From Azovibrio sp. (GTDB taxonomy: Bacteria > Pseudomonadota > Gammaproteobacteria > Burkholderiales > Rhodocyclaceae), in assembly GCA_026414665.1 (NCBI GenBank), contig JAOAIO010000004.1, forward strand, positions 1,700-65,699: 64,000 nt of DNA, in the 5' to 3' direction. The notes beneath the pieces are model-generated. The model saw nothing but the letters and a program-made list of their open reading frames with translations, searched no databases and was not told where the DNA came from. A program made the translations under genes and the position numbers. Below, one piece after another: positions 38,275 to 50,387 of the stretch (the first letter of the stretch is position 1; each line of letters opens with the position of its first letter).

Positions 38275-40893
38275 ATGAAAAGCGCCGAAATCCGCGAGAA
38301 ATTCCTTCAGTTCTTTGCTGCCAAAGGGCATCAGATCGTGCCTTCCAGCTCCTTGGTGCCGCACGACGATCCCACTTTGCTGTTTACCAACGCGGGGATG
38401 AACCAGTTCAAGGATGTTTTCCTCGGTTTCGACAAACGTCCTTACCAGCGTGCTGCCACCGCCCAGAAATGCGTGCGGGCCGGCGGTAAGCACAACGATT
38501 TGGAGAATGTCGGCTACACCGCTCGCCATCACACTTTCTTCGAGATGCTCGGTAACTTCAGCTTTGGCGACTACTTCAAGCGTGATGCGATCAAGTATGC
38601 CTGGGAGCTGCTTACCGAGGTCTTCAAGCTGCCCAAGGACAGGCTCTACGTCACGGTGTATGCCGAGGACGACGAAGCCTATGCGATCTGGACCCAGGAA
38701 GTGGGCTTGAGCGCCGAGCGGGTGATTCGCATCGGCGATAACAAGGGCAGCCGCTACGCCTCGGACAATTTCTGGATGATGGGCGATACCGGTCCCTGCG
38801 GCCCGTGCACCGAGATTTTCTATGACCACGGCCCGGAAATTCCCGGCGGGCTCCCAGGCTCACCCGAGGAAGATGGCGACCGCTATATCGAAATCTGGAA
38901 TAACGTGTTCATGCAGTTCAACCGCGACGAGCAGGGGATCATGCATCCTTTGCCCAAACCCAGCGTGGATACGGGCATGGGCTTAGAACGCATCGCCGCG
39001 GTGCTGCAGGGGGTGCATTCGAACTATGAGATCGATCTGTTCCAAGCCCTGATCCGGGCGGCGGCCCGTGAAACCGGGGCGACGGATCTGCATAGCCCCA
39101 GCCTCAAGGTGCTCGCCGACCACATCCGTGCCTGCGCCTTTCTGATTGCCGATGGCGTGATTCCCGGCAACGAAGGGCGTGGTTATGTGTTGCGCCGCAT
39201 CATCCGCCGTGCTATCCGCCACGGCTACAAGCTGGGCGCCCGGGCCGCCTTCTTCCACCGCCTGGTGCCGGATCTGGTCGCCGAGATGGGCGATGCCTAT
39301 CCCGAGCTCAAGGCGGCTCAGCAGCGGGTGATGGACGTGCTCAAGGCCGAAGAGGAGCGTTTCTTCGCCACCCTCGAGCATGGCATGGCGATTCTCGAGG
39401 GTGAGCTGGCGGCGATGGCGGCCAAGGGCGAGCAGGTTCTGGATGGCGAGATGGCCTTCAAGCTGCACGATACCTATGGCTTTCCGCTCGATCTCACCGC
39501 TGACATCTGCCGTGAGCGCGATGTCACGGTCGATGCCGCAGCTTTCGAGGCCGCCATGGCGCGGCAAAAAGAACAGGCGCGCGCGGCCGGCAAATTCAAG
39601 ATGGCCGCCCATCTCGAATACGATGGCATCGAGACGACTTTCCACGGCTATGACCAGCTCGAGACCCGCGCCACCATTTTGGCCTTGTACAAGGATGGCG
39701 CGCCGGTGCAGGCACTGCACGAAGGCGATTTGGGCGTGATCGTGCTCGACCATACGCCGTTTTACGCTGAGTCGGGCGGCCAGGTCGGCGATCGGGGCGA
39801 GATTCGCGCCGGCGGGCTGTTCGCCGTCGAGGATACCCAGAAGATCCAAGCTGCGGTGTTCGGTCATCACGGCGTGCTAAAGACGGGCAAGCTTAGCGTC
39901 GGCGAGGCGGTCGTGGCCCGGGTCGATGCTGCCGCCCGCGCCGCCACGGCGCGCAACCATTCGGTCACGCACCTGATGCACAAGGCGTTGCGCGACGTGC
40001 TGGGGCCGCATGTGCAGCAAAAAGGCTCGCAGGTCGATCCCGACAAGACCCGGTTCGACTTTGCCCATCACGCCCCCATGAGCGATGCCGAAATTCGTGC
40101 CGTCGAAGCGCGGGTCAATGCCGAGATTCTCGCCAATACCGCTACCGAGGCGCGTGTCATGCCGCTCGAAGCAGCGCAAAAAACCGGCGCCATGATGTTG
40201 TTCGGTGAAAAATACGGCGATGAGGTGCGCGTGCTGAGCATCGGCTCGTCCAAAGAGCTGTGCGGCGGCACCCATGTGCGCCGTACCGGCGACATCGGGC
40301 TGTTCAAGATTCTGTGCGAATCCGGGGTGGCGGCCGGCGTGCGGCGGATCGAGGCGGTGACCGGCGTTCGGGCGCTCGGCTATGTCCAGGAGCAAGAGCA
40401 GCGGGTGGCGCGCATCGCCACCTTGCTCAAGGCGCAGCCCGACGAGGTGGCCGAGCGTGTCGCCGGGCTCATGGATCAGGTCCGCACCTTGGAAAAGGAG
40501 CTGGCCCGCGTCAAGTCCAAGCTTGCCGCGGCGCAGGGCGACGATCTGGCGGCCGGGGCCGTGGCCGTTGGCCATGCCAAGGTGCTCGCGGCTACGCTCG
40601 ATGGGGCGGATGTGCCGACCTTGCGCGAAACGCTGGATAAGCTCAAGGACAAGCTCGGCTCGGCCGCCATCGTGCTGGCGAGCGTCCAAGACGGCAAGGT
40701 GAGCTTGATTGCTGGGGTCACCCCCGATCTCACCGCCCAGATCAAGGCCGGCGAACTCGTGAACTTCGTGGCCCAGCAGGTGGGGGGCAAGGGCGGCGGT
40801 CGGCCCGACATGGCGCAAGCGGGTGGCAGCGAGCCGAGCAAGCTGCCTGCGGCCTTGGCCAGCGTGCGCGACTGGGTGGCGGCGAAGCTGTAA
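38275..40893 (+). CDS. alaS: alanine--tRNA ligase
   Basis: [37 protein letters not shown], editing HxxxH and [23 protein letters not shown]. Confidence 0.98.
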   Translation: MKSAEIREKFLQFFAAKGHQIVPSSSLVPHDDPTLLFTNAGMNQFKDVFLGFDKRPYQRAATAQKCVRAGGKHNDLENVGYTARHHTFFEMLGNFSFGDYFKRDAIKYAWELLTEVFKLPKDRLYVTVYAEDDEAYAIWTQEVGLSAERVIRIGDNKGSRYASDNFWMMGDTGPCGPCTEIFYDHGPEIPGGLPGSPEEDGDRYIEIWNNVFMQFNRDEQGIMHPLPKPSVDTGMGLERIAAVLQGVHSNYEIDLFQALIRAAARETGATDLHSPSLKVLADHIRACAFLIADGVIPGNEGRGYVLRRIIRRAIRHGYKLGARAAFFHRLVPDLVAEMGDAYPELKAAQQRVMDVLKAEEERFFATLEHGMAILEGELAAMAAKGEQVLDGEMAFKLHDTYGFPLDLTADICRERDVTVDAAAFEAAMARQKEQARAAGKFKMAAHLEYDGIETTFHGYDQLETRATILALYKDGAPVQALHEGDLGVIVLDHTPFYAESGGQVGDRGEIRAGGLFAVEDTQKIQAAVFGHHGVLKTGKLSVGEAVVARVDAAARAATARNHSVTHLMHKALRDVLGPHVQQKGSQVDPDKTRFDFAHHAPMSDAEIRAVEARVNAEILANTATEARVMPLEAAQKTGAMMLFGEKYGDEVRVLSIGSSKELCGGTHVRRTGDIGLFKILCESGVAAGVRRIEAVTGVRALGYVQEQEQRVARIATLLKAQPDEVAERVAGLMDQVRTLEKELARVKSKLAAAQGDDLAAGAVAVGHAKVLAATLDGADVPTLRETLDKLKDKLGSAAIVLASVQDGKVSLIAGVTPDLTAQIKAGELVNFVAQQVGGKGGGRPDMAQAGGSEPSKLPAALASVRDWVAAKL

Positions 40894-40909
40894 CGCGGGC
40901 GCTTGCCAA

Positions 40910-40945
40910 GCCCAAAAGCCGGGGCGGATGCCGCGGCTTTTGGGC
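40910..40945. terminator. bidirectional hairpin between convergent alaS and algC
   Basis: GCCCAAAAGCCG...CGGCTTTTGGGC. Confidence 0.7.
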
Positions 40946-40972
40946 AGGAGCGTTGCTAGTGTGAGGGGCCGC

Positions 40973-42352
40973 TCAGAACGGCACTTGGATGCCGGGCCAG
41001 ACGGCGGTGAGGGCCTGGCGGAAGTCGGCCTGGATGCGCTTAAGGGCTGCCGCGTCATCGGCCTCGAAGCGCAGCACGACGACTGGCGTCGTGTTCGAGG
41101 GCCGGGCCAGGCCGAAGCCGTCGGCGTATTCGACGCGCACGCCGTCGAGCGTGATGCGCTCTAGCTCACCTGTGAAGCGTGCTTCGGCTTTGAGCTTATC
41201 CACCAGGGCGAAGGGTTCGCCCTCGGCCATCTTGATGTTCAGTTCGGGGGTGGATACGGCCTTGGGCAGGGCTTTGAGCACGGGGTTGGCGTCGGCGCTG
41301 CGCGACAAAATCTCGAGCAGGCGGGCGCCGGTGTAGAGTCCGTCGTCGAAGCCGTACCAACGTTCCTTGAAGAAGGTGTGGCCGGACATCTCGCCGGCCA
41401 GCGGGGCGCCGGTTTCCTTCAGCTTGGCTTTCACCAGCGCGTGACCGGTGTTCCACATCAGCGGCTCGCCGCCATGCTGACGGATCCAGCCGGCCAGGAG
41501 CCGCGTGCATTTGACGTCGTAGATGATCTGGCCACCCGGAACGCGCGACAGTACGTCAGCGGCGAACAGCATCAGCTGACGATCGGGGAAGATGATCTCG
41601 CCGTCCTTGGTGACGACGCCGAGGCGGTCGCCGTCACCGTCGAAGGCGATGCCGATCTCGGCATCGGTCTCCGTGAGCGCCCTGATCACGTCGGCCAGGT
41701 TTTCCGGCTTCGACGGGTCCGGGTGGTGGTTCGGGAAGCGGCCGTCGACGTCGCAATAGAGCGGCACGATCTCGCAGCCGAGGCGCTTGAACAGCTCCGG
41801 CGCGACGGCGCCGGCCACGCCGTTGCCGCAATCCATGACGATCTTCATTGGCCGGGCGAGCTTCACGTCGGAAACGATACGCGCGACGTAGGCTGCCTTG
41901 ACGTCGGCGCTGCGGCGGCTGCCCTGGCCGTGCTTCAGGTTGCCGGCTTCGATGCGCTGCTTGAGATCCTGGATGGCGTCGAGGGCCAATGTCGTACCGC
42001 CGATCACCATCTTCAGGCCGTTGTAATCCGGCGGGTTGTGGCTGCCGGTGACCGAGACACAGGAGTGGCACCCCAGTTCGTAGGCGGCGAAGTAGGTGAC
42101 GGGAGTCGGCACGCAGCCGATATCGATCGCGTCGCACCCGGCGGCGCAGATGCCGTCGATCAGGGCTCCGGCCAGCTCCGGCCCGGACAAGCGGCCGTCG
42201 CGGCCGACGGCGATGGCCGCTTGGCCACGTTCAAGCGCGAGTGAGCCAAGCGCCTGGCCTACGTCGCGTACCACGTCCGGGGTGAGGGTTTGACCGACGA
42301 TGCCGCGGATGTCATAGGCTTTGAAGATGGCGGCGGGGAGTTGCTTCATCAT
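40973..42352 (-). CDS. algC: phosphomannomutase/phosphoglucomutase
   Basis: FKAYDIRG, TGSHNP, FDGDGDR, GEMSGH. Confidence 0.92.
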   Translation of the reverse strand: MMKQLPAAIFKAYDIRGIVGQTLTPDVVRDVGQALGSLALERGQAAIAVGRDGRLSGPELAGALIDGICAAGCDAIDIGCVPTPVTYFAAYELGCHSCVSVTGSHNPPDYNGLKMVIGGTTLALDAIQDLKQRIEAGNLKHGQGSRRSADVKAAYVARIVSDVKLARPMKIVMDCGNGVAGAVAPELFKRLGCEIVPLYCDVDGRFPNHHPDPSKPENLADVIRALTETDAEIGIAFDGDGDRLGVVTKDGEIIFPDRQLMLFAADVLSRVPGGQIIYDVKCTRLLAGWIRQHGGEPLMWNTGHALVKAKLKETGAPLAGEMSGHTFFKERWYGFDDGLYTGARLLEILSRSADANPVLKALPKAVSTPELNIKMAEGEPFALVDKLKAEARFTGELERITLDGVRVEYADGFGLARPSNTTPVVVLRFEADDAAALKRIQADFRQALTAVWPGIQVPF

Positions 42353-42375
42353 GTCCTCGTCAAACATAGGTTGGG

Positions 42376-42801
42376 TTAGTGCAGCACCCGGTGTTCGCTG
42401 CCGTGCCCGGCCGGCTCGGCGTTGGCCGAGCAGTGCCGGCATACCAGGCGCCAGCCATGGGCGCCGCGGGTATAGACATGGGTGGCCTGGAGCGGTCCGG
42501 TGCTCTCATCACCGACTTGCAGACCTTCGACGACATGGTGCACAGAGAGCAACATGCCTTGCCATTGAGCGATGCGGTTGGCGTTGATCTGTAAGCGGGT
42601 GCTGGCGAATATCTGTCGCCAGCTCTCGCGGATGCTGCTTAGGCCCACGAGTTGCTGGCCGGTAGGATGGGTGCAGATCACATCCTCGTCCTCCGACCAG
42701 ATGGCCATCAGGGCTTCCAGGTCGCCTCGGGCAACGGCATCGTAGAACGCGGCTTCGGCATCTTCCGGGGTGGCGAATAAGAGCAGCGCGGCGGATTTCA
42801 T
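42376..42801 (-). CDS. SnoaL/NTF2-like (YybH family) protein
   Basis: EAAFYDA..RGDLEALM..W, C.HP, G...IRESW, AT.VY.R...GWRLV..H.S. Confidence 0.82.
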   Translation of the reverse strand: MKSAALLLFATPEDAEAAFYDAVARGDLEALMAIWSEDEDVICTHPTGQQLVGLSSIRESWRQIFASTRLQINANRIAQWQGMLLSVHHVVEGLQVGDESTGPLQATHVYTRGAHGWRLVCRHCSANAEPAGHGSEHRVLH

Positions 42802-43823
42802 GGTTGGCTCAATCGGTTCAGGCAAGCATCGAGGACGCGGGCCGGTTCGAGCTTCACCAAGCAATGGGTGTGGCCAAACGGGCACTCGCGCTTGAAGCAG
42901 GGGCTGCACGGCAGTCCTAGGCGCAATACCGTGGCCTGCTCCGAGAGTGGCGGGGGGAAAGCGGGGGAAGAGGAGCCGAACAGGGCGATGGTGGGGCGGT
43001 TGAGGGCTGCGGCGACGTGCATCAGGCCCGAGTCGTTGCACACCACCAGCGCCGCCTGGGCGATCAAATCGATGGCCTGGTCGAGCTGGGTGCGGCCGCA
43101 TAGGTTGAGACAGTTGCCTAAGGTCTGGGCCGCGATGGCGTCGCCGACGGGCTTGTCCTTGCTCGAGCCCAAGAGCCAGACCGGATGGCCGCGTTCGAGC
43201 AGTACCCGCGCCAGGGCGGCGAAGTGCTCGATAGGCCAGCGCTTGGCGGGGCCGTATTCGGCGCCGGGGCAGAGGACGACCGGCGGGCCGGATCGTTCCA
43301 GGCCGAGTGCTGCAAGCGCCGCAGCCTGCTGTGCCGGCGTCGAGGTGATGCGCGGGTGGGCAACCGGCCGCGGGAGCGGCGCGCCCGGCGCCTCGGCGAG
43401 CTGGGCGAAGCGCTCCACCATCAGTGGCAAGGCGGCCTTGTCGAGACTGTGGCGCACATTGACGAGGCCAAAGCGACTCTCCCCGGTAAAGCCGATGCGC
43501 TTGGGGATGCCGGCAAAAAACGGAATGAGCGCTGATTTGAGCGAATTCGGCAACAAATACGCCGCGTCGTAGCCTTGCGTGGCGAGCTCATGCGCGAGGG
43601 CGAGGCGCTTTTTGAGCGACAGCTCGCCATGTGCGAAAGGGTTGTCCACGATGCGGGCGATTTCCGGCATTCGGGCCAGCACCGGGGCCACCCAGGCCGG
43701 GGCCAGGGCATCGAGCACCAGTTCCGGGTGGCGTTGTTTGAGTCGGGCAAACAGGGGTTGGGCCAGGATGGCATCGCCGATCCAGGCCGGCGCGACGATC
43801 AGTGCCCGCGCCAGATGCGCCAC
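42798..43823 (-). CDS. waaF: LPS heptosyltransferase II
   Basis: PAWIGD, LPNSLKSA, CPGAEYGPAKRWP, NDSGLMHVAAA, CSPCF.R.CP. Confidence 0.93.
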   Translation of the reverse strand: MAHLARALIVAPAWIGDAILAQPLFARLKQRHPELVLDALAPAWVAPVLARMPEIARIVDNPFAHGELSLKKRLALAHELATQGYDAAYLLPNSLKSALIPFFAGIPKRIGFTGESRFGLVNVRHSLDKAALPLMVERFAQLAEAPGAPLPRPVAHPRITSTPAQQAAALAALGLERSGPPVVLCPGAEYGPAKRWPIEHFAALARVLLERGHPVWLLGSSKDKPVGDAIAAQTLGNCLNLCGRTQLDQAIDLIAQAALVVCNDSGLMHVAAALNRPTIALFGSSSPAFPPPLSEQATVLRLGLPCSPCFKRECPFGHTHCLVKLEPARVLDACLNRLSQP

Positions 43824-43824
43824 C

Positions 43825-44016
43825 CTAGTGCTGTCCTCGGGGCAATTCGCCCTTGAAGACGTAGCGGGTGCCGCAGTAGGGGCAGACCGCTTCGCCGGTG
43901 TGGGTGACATCGAGGAAGACGCGCGGATGCTGGCACCACAGTTCGGCGTCTGGGGGCGGACAGTGGAGTGGCAGATCGTGAGCACTGACTTCCACAGTAC
44001 GGTTTTTCTCGGCCAT
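43825..44016 (-). CDS. zinc-finger (zf-CHCC) small protein
   Basis: LPLHCP...W..HPRVFL...CPYCGT. Confidence 0.9.
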   Translation of the reverse strand: MAEKNRTVEVSAHDLPLHCPPPDAELWCQHPRVFLDVTHTGEAVCPYCGTRYVFKGELPRGQH

Positions 44017-44030
44017 GTCGTTTCCTCGCA

Positions 44031-44951
44031 TTACAGATAGGCGAGCCAATCCTGGTGGGCCGGCGAGCGGCCGTAGACCACGTCGAAATATTTCTGCTGC
44101 AAGAGCGTGGTGATGGGGCCGCGCTTGCCGGCGCCGATGGTGCGGTTGTCGAGCTCGCGGATCGGCGTGACTTCGGCAGCGGTGCCGGTGAAGAAGGCTT
44201 CGTCGGCGCAGTAGACCTCATCGCGGGTGATGCGTTTTTCCTGGACTTCGATGCCCAGCTCGCCGGCCAGGGTGATGATGGTGGCGCGGGTGATGCCCTC
44301 CAAGCAAGAGGTGAGGTCGGGCGTGTAGAGCTTGCCTTGCTTGACGATGAACAGATTCTCGCCGGCGCCCTCGGCGACGTAGCCCTCCGGGTCGAGCAGC
44401 ATGGCCTCGTCGTAGCCATCCGCGGTGACTTCGTTGTTGGCCAGGATGGAGTTGATGTAGTGGCCGGAAGCCTTGGCGCGCACCATCGAGATGTTTACAT
44501 GATGCCGGGTGAAGCTCGATGTCTTGACGCGGATGCCGCGCTCCATGCCGTCCTCGCCCAGGTAGGCGCCCCAGGGCCAGGCGGCGATAGCGACGTGCAC
44601 CTTGGCGCCTTTTGGGGAAACGCCCATTTTTTCCGAGCCGTAGAAGGCGATCGGGCGCAGATAGCCGGATTCGAGCTTGTTGGCGCGGATCACTTCCTTC
44701 TGGGCTTCGTTGAGCGTGTCTTTGTCGAAGGGCATGGCCATTTGGAAGATGCGGGCGGAGTTGAAGAGCCGGTCCGTGTGCTCCTTGAGCCGGAAGATGG
44801 CGGTGCCCGCTTCGGTCTTGTAGGCGCGCACGCCTTCGAAGACGCCCATGCCATAGTGCAGGGAATGGGTGAGCACATGCGTCGTGGCATCCCGCCACGG
44901 CACCAACTTGCCGTCGTACCAGATGAACCCGTCGCGATCTGCCATGGACAT
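44031..44951 (-). CDS. ilvE: branched-chain amino acid aminotransferase
   Basis: HSLHYG.GVFEG.RAY, AKASGHY.NS, EG.GENLF, L.GITR, FFTGTAAE. Confidence 0.96.
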   Translation of the reverse strand: MSMADRDGFIWYDGKLVPWRDATTHVLTHSLHYGMGVFEGVRAYKTEAGTAIFRLKEHTDRLFNSARIFQMAMPFDKDTLNEAQKEVIRANKLESGYLRPIAFYGSEKMGVSPKGAKVHVAIAAWPWGAYLGEDGMERGIRVKTSSFTRHHVNISMVRAKASGHYINSILANNEVTADGYDEAMLLDPEGYVAEGAGENLFIVKQGKLYTPDLTSCLEGITRATIITLAGELGIEVQEKRITRDEVYCADEAFFTGTAAEVTPIRELDNRTIGAGKRGPITTLLQQKYFDVVYGRSPAHQDWLAYL

Positions 44952-45047
44952 GATGCCAGTCTCCTTCTCTGTATCCTGCGTCAAAGCCCACCATTCTAGC
45001 GGATTTCGTCCGTTAGAATAACGCCTTTACCCGAGGGAGCCCCGAGC

Positions 45048-45503
45048 ATGAGCGCACACGTCTGGAAGCCGCACGTCACCGTTGCCGCCGTGGTGCAGCG
45101 GGATGGCAAATTCCTCCTGGTCGAAGAAGAAACCGATGTTGGGGTGCGCTTCAACCAACCAGCCGGGCACCTTGAAGCGGGGGAGTCGCTGCACGCCGCC
45201 GTGGTGCGTGAATGCCTCGAAGAAACCGGCTACCAGTTCGCGCCCTCGCATCTACTCGGCATTTATCAGTGGCCGCGCCCGGATGGGCAGCTGACTTACT
45301 TGCGTTTTGCCTTCGTTGGCGAGGTGCATGGCTATGATCCCGAGCGGCCGCTCGATGCTGGCATCATTGCCCCGCGCTGGTTGAGCCTCGAAGAAGTGCG
45401 GGCCACGGCGGAGCGGCACCGTAGCCCGCTCGTGCTGCGCTGCATCGAGGACTGCCTGGCCGGGCGGCGCTTGCCGCTCGATGCCATTACGCACTACGGA
45501 TGA
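45048..45503 (+). CDS. nudJ: NUDIX hydrolase (NudJ-like)
   Basis: WKPHVTVA, NQPAGHLE.GE.L...VVRE.LEETG, TYLRF.F, RSPLV; upstream of mnmA. Confidence 0.85.
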   Translation: MSAHVWKPHVTVAAVVQRDGKFLLVEEETDVGVRFNQPAGHLEAGESLHAAVVRECLEETGYQFAPSHLLGIYQWPRPDGQLTYLRFAFVGEVHGYDPERPLDAGIIAPRWLSLEEVRATAERHRSPLVLRCIEDCLAGRRLPLDAITHYG

Positions 45504-46084
45504 TGCGCCGGCTCTCCTTGCTGTTTGCTGGTTTGAGCCTTGTCGCGGCCCAAGTCGGGCATGCTGCGCCGTTACATCTCGCGGAAGTCGAAGTGTGTTT
45601 CAACTACGGCTGCCTCAGCCAGTGGCCGGTGCGCTTCGATGTCCAGCGCTTCGAGGCAGTTCGCCTGGGCCTTGCCAAAGCGGCGAGCCCGGAAGAAGAG
45701 CGCGCCCGTCTGGCGGTGGCGGTAGGCGACCTTTATGCGCTGGCGGCGGAACAGACCCCGATCGGCCGGGATCGGGGCGGGAATTACGCCGACGCGGGCG
45801 TCTTCGGGCGCATGGACTGCATCGATCATGCCACCACCACGACGCGTTTTCTGCGCTTGTTGGAGCAGCAGGGCGGCTTGCGCTGGCACCGGGTGCTGGA
45901 GCCGGTGCGGCGGGTGCGCGGCTTGATTTTTCAACACTATTCCGCTGCCATCGAGGTCGTGGGCGCGGCGCCCGATGCGCCGGGGCAGCGTTTCGTCGTC
46001 GATAGTTGGTTCGTGGATAACGGCAAGCCGGCGGTGATCCTGCCGTTGGAAGCCTGGATGGAAGGAGAGGGTCCGGATGTCTAG
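45500..46084 (+). CDS. exported hypothetical protein, possible cysteine-protease/transglutaminase-like fold
   Basis: Signal peptide; C.NYGC, MDCIDH..TT, HYSA, VVDSWF.DNG. Confidence 0.7.
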   Translation: MMRRLSLLFAGLSLVAAQVGHAAPLHLAEVEVCFNYGCLSQWPVRFDVQRFEAVRLGLAKAASPEEERARLAVAVGDLYALAAEQTPIGRDRGGNYADAGVFGRMDCIDHATTTTRFLRLLEQQGGLRWHRVLEPVRRVRGLIFQHYSAAIEVVGAAPDAPGQRFVVDSWFVDNGKPAVILPLEAWMEGEGPDV

Positions 46085-47180
46085 CAAGCGAAAAACGGTC
46101 GTGGTGGGCCTTTCGGGGGGCGTTGATTCGGCGGTGGCAGCGCTGCTCCTTAAGCAGCAGGGCTACGACGTTGTCGGCATGTTCATGAAGAACTGGGAGG
46201 ATGACGACGACGAGGAATACTGTTCGTCGCGCCAAGATCTGGTGGACGTGATGAGCATTGCCGACGTACTCGGCATCGATGTCGAAGTGGTGAACTTCGC
46301 CGCCGAGTACCGCGAGCGGGTATTTGCCGAGTTTCTGCGCGAATACCAGGCAGGCCGCACGCCGAACCCGGACGTGCTGTGCAATTCCGAAATCAAGTTC
46401 AAGGCCTTTCTTGAGCACGCCCTCGCGCTCGGCGCCGATCACATCGCCACTGGCCACTATGCTGGGGTGCGTGAATTCGATGGCCGCTACCAGCTCCTCA
46501 AGGCCGAGGATGGCACCAAGGACCAGAGCTATTTCCTCTACCGCCTGAATCAGGCGCAGCTCTCGAAGACCCTGTTCCCCCTCGCCAACCTCTACAAGCG
46601 GGACGTGCGCAGGATGGCCGAGGCGGCCGGTCTGCACGTGGCCGCGAAGAAGGACTCGACCGGCATCTGCTTCATCGGCGAGCGGCCTTTCAAGGATTTT
46701 CTCGCCCGCTATCTACCGCCGCAGAAGGGCGAGATTCGTCGTCTCGACGATGGCCGGCTACTGGGTGAGCACGATGGTCTGATGTTCCACACCATCGGCC
46801 AGCGCAAGGGGCTCCACATCGGGGGCTTGAAGGAGAAGGGGCAACCAGGTGGCGGCGAGCATGCCGCCTGGTTCGTGGCAGGCAAGGACGTGGCCCGCAA
46901 CATTCTTTACGTGGTGCAAGGGCACGACCATCCGGCGCTATTTGCCGCTGCTCTCGAAGCCGAGCAGCTATCCTGGGTGGCAGGAGAGGCGCCGCGCACG
47001 CATTGGGTCTATACCGCCAAGCCGCGCTATCGCAGCGAGGATGCGCCCTGCGAAATCGAGCGCTTGGGAGCGGAAGACTGCGAGATCCGCTTTGCCCAGC
47101 CGCAATGGGCGTTGACGCCAGGGCAGTCGGTGGTGGTGTATGAGAGCCGAGTGTGCCTGGGCGGCGGCGTCATCCGCTGA
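46077..47180 (+). CDS. mnmA: tRNA 2-thiouridine(34) synthase MnmA
   Basis: [38 protein letters not shown]. Confidence 0.97.
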   Translation: MSSKRKTVVVGLSGGVDSAVAALLLKQQGYDVVGMFMKNWEDDDDEEYCSSRQDLVDVMSIADVLGIDVEVVNFAAEYRERVFAEFLREYQAGRTPNPDVLCNSEIKFKAFLEHALALGADHIATGHYAGVREFDGRYQLLKAEDGTKDQSYFLYRLNQAQLSKTLFPLANLYKRDVRRMAEAAGLHVAAKKDSTGICFIGERPFKDFLARYLPPQKGEIRRLDDGRLLGEHDGLMFHTIGQRKGLHIGGLKEKGQPGGGEHAAWFVAGKDVARNILYVVQGHDHPALFAAALEAEQLSWVAGEAPRTHWVYTAKPRYRSEDAPCEIERLGAEDCEIRFAQPQWALTPGQSVVVYESRVCLGGGVIR

Positions 47181-47211
47181 GCCGCCGCCCGGCAGCGCTG
47201 GGGGCGGCATG

Positions 47212-47820
47212 TTACTCGCGCGGCATGGTGTCCTGGAAGGAGGGACGCTGCGCGAGCTTATCGTAGAGGCGGGCGAGGTTTGGGTGGGCTTGGCCCCATT
47301 CGATGTCGGGAAAGCGAAAGAGCAAATAGCCTAGCGCGGTGCCTACGGCGATGTCGGCCAGGGTCATCGGAGTGCCCATGCAATGCGGTTGGTCGCCGAG
47401 CTCCCGCGCCATGAAGGCAAGGCTCCTCATGATCTTTTCCCGCTGTCGGCGCAAGTGCGCAGCGCTCTGGCTCGCAGTGGGACGCTGGCTTTCGTGCCGG
47501 GCTTCCACGGCGGCGTCCAACATGCCATCGGCGAGGGCCTCCCAGCGCTTGACTTCGGTACGCTCCCGGTTGGGGGCGGGGAAGAGCTTGTTGTTGGGGG
47601 TGACGTTGTCGATGTACTCGACGATCACCCGCGAGTCGAACAGCGGCGTGCCGTCATCGAGCACCAGGACGGGGATCTCGCCGAGCGGGTTGTAATCGGG
47701 CACGACCGAATCTTCGCTCCAGGGCGACTGGATTTCGAAATCACATTCGATTTTCTTTTCGGCCAGCACGATGCGGACCTTGCGCACGTAGGGGCTGGTG
47801 AGCGAACCGATCAGTTTCAT
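47212..47820 (-). CDS. glutathione S-transferase family protein
   Basis: TSPYVRKVR, NPLG.IP.L, DSRVI.EY, LADIA. Confidence 0.9.
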   Translation of the reverse strand: MKLIGSLTSPYVRKVRIVLAEKKIECDFEIQSPWSEDSVVPDYNPLGEIPVLVLDDGTPLFDSRVIVEYIDNVTPNNKLFPAPNRERTEVKRWEALADGMLDAAVEARHESQRPTASQSAAHLRRQREKIMRSLAFMARELGDQPHCMGTPMTLADIAVGTALGYLLFRFPDIEWGQAHPNLARLYDKLAQRPSFQDTMPRE

Positions 47821-47875
47821 CGACTTCTCGTGAGTTGGGGAGGAGTGGATTATAACTTGAGGCCGAGTCGGATAG

Positions 47876-49336
<1,461 letters not shown>

Positions 49337-49354
49337 GCCGCTGATCTTCTGTGC

Positions 49355-49384
49355 GGCTGGCTGCCTTTAGGCGGCCAGCCTTTT
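49355..49384 (+). terminator. intrinsic terminator after purB
   Basis: GGCTGGCTGCC-TTTA-GGCGGCCAGCC-TTTT. Confidence 0.75.
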
Positions 49385-49410
49385 CTGTGGCGATGAAAGA
49401 GAATGAACGC

Positions 49411-49728
49411 ATGGCGTTTGCTGACAATCTGAAGAAGCTCCCTGGTATTTCTCATCTGGCGGCGCTCCAGCTCCTTGACGCCGAGGGGCGCGAGGTGGGG
49501 CGGATCGAAAACAAGCCCGGCAGCGCCGGCTCGGTGGCCGTGTATAACCATCTGGCGCAAACTTACGGCGCCATCACCCAGGAGGCCGCGCGTAAAGGCT
49601 TGGAAATCTACGCCGAGCATACCGAGGATGCGCGCTTGCATCCCGGCAAGCATCCCAATATCGACCGCCTCTTCCAAATCGAGGCCGGCGCTCCGGCGTT
49701 GCGCATCAAGCACGTCTTTGCGGTTTGA
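49411..49728 (+). CDS. DUF2322 family protein
   Basis: F..NL..LP, IEN.PG..GS..VY, GL.IYAEHT.DA..HPGKHPNIDRL. Confidence 0.82.
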   Translation: MAFADNLKKLPGISHLAALQLLDAEGREVGRIENKPGSAGSVAVYNHLAQTYGAITQEAARKGLEIYAEHTEDARLHPGKHPNIDRLFQIEAGAPALRIKHVFAV

Positions 49729-49853
49729 CGGACGCAAGTTGTAAGCAAATGTTGCTCCGGGACTTGGGTCACGGAAGCGCACATGCTATTGCCCTATAAT
49801 TGCCCTGCCCCCGGGAGGGCAATCATTCCAAGCAACTCACGGAGCCCATCATC

Positions 49854-50315
49854 ATGAAGAAACACATCGTCCTCGTTGCCGCGGCGCTCGCCGTCAGCGG
49901 TGCCGCTGTCGCCCAGCAGCCTCTCAAACCGGAGGAGGCGATCAAATATCGCCAGGCCGGCTATGCTTACATGGGCTGGTCCATGGGCAAGATCAAGGCC
50001 AATCTCGAAGGCACCTATAACAAAGAGCAGGTGGTGGCCGCCGCCAACACCATCGCCGCGATTGCCAATTCTGGCATGGGCGCGCTGTATGTGCCCGGTT
50101 CCGACAAGGAAGTAAACGGCGTCAAAACTCGGGTGAAGCCCGAGTTCTTCCAGAAGCAGCAGGAAGTCGGCAAGCTCGCCATGGCGTTCAACAAGGAGGC
50201 CAACGAGCTGGCGCGTGTCGCCGCGACCGGCGATGTCGCCGCCGTCAAAGCGCAGTTTGGCAAGGTGGGCGGCACCTGCAAGGCCTGCCACGACGATTTC
50301 CGCATGAAGGACTGA
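49854..50315 (+). CDS. cytochrome c' (class II cytochrome c)
   Basis: Signal peptide; AIKYRQ; C-terminal CKACH. Confidence 0.92.
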   Translation: MKKHIVLVAAALAVSGAAVAQQPLKPEEAIKYRQAGYAYMGWSMGKIKANLEGTYNKEQVVAAANTIAAIANSGMGALYVPGSDKEVNGVKTRVKPEFFQKQQEVGKLAMAFNKEANELARVAATGDVAAVKAQFGKVGGTCKACHDDFRMKD

Positions 50316-50340
50316 TAACGTCAGCGGCTTTATCGCATCG

Positions 50341-50364
50341 GGCGGCCGCGCGGGCCGCCTTTTT
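50341..50364 (+). terminator. intrinsic terminator
   Basis: GGCGGCC-GCGCG-GGCCGCC-TTTTT. Confidence 0.75.
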
Positions 50365-50387
50365 CGTGTCCGGCGTGGCCGGGGCGA

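Noticed and set aside
49788-49823. ATTGCCCT direct repeat and TTGCCCT/AGGGCAA hairpin upstream of cytochrome c'
   Set aside because: Consistent with a simple 5' stabilising hairpin next to a TATAAT; no recognisable regulator or riboswitch motif.
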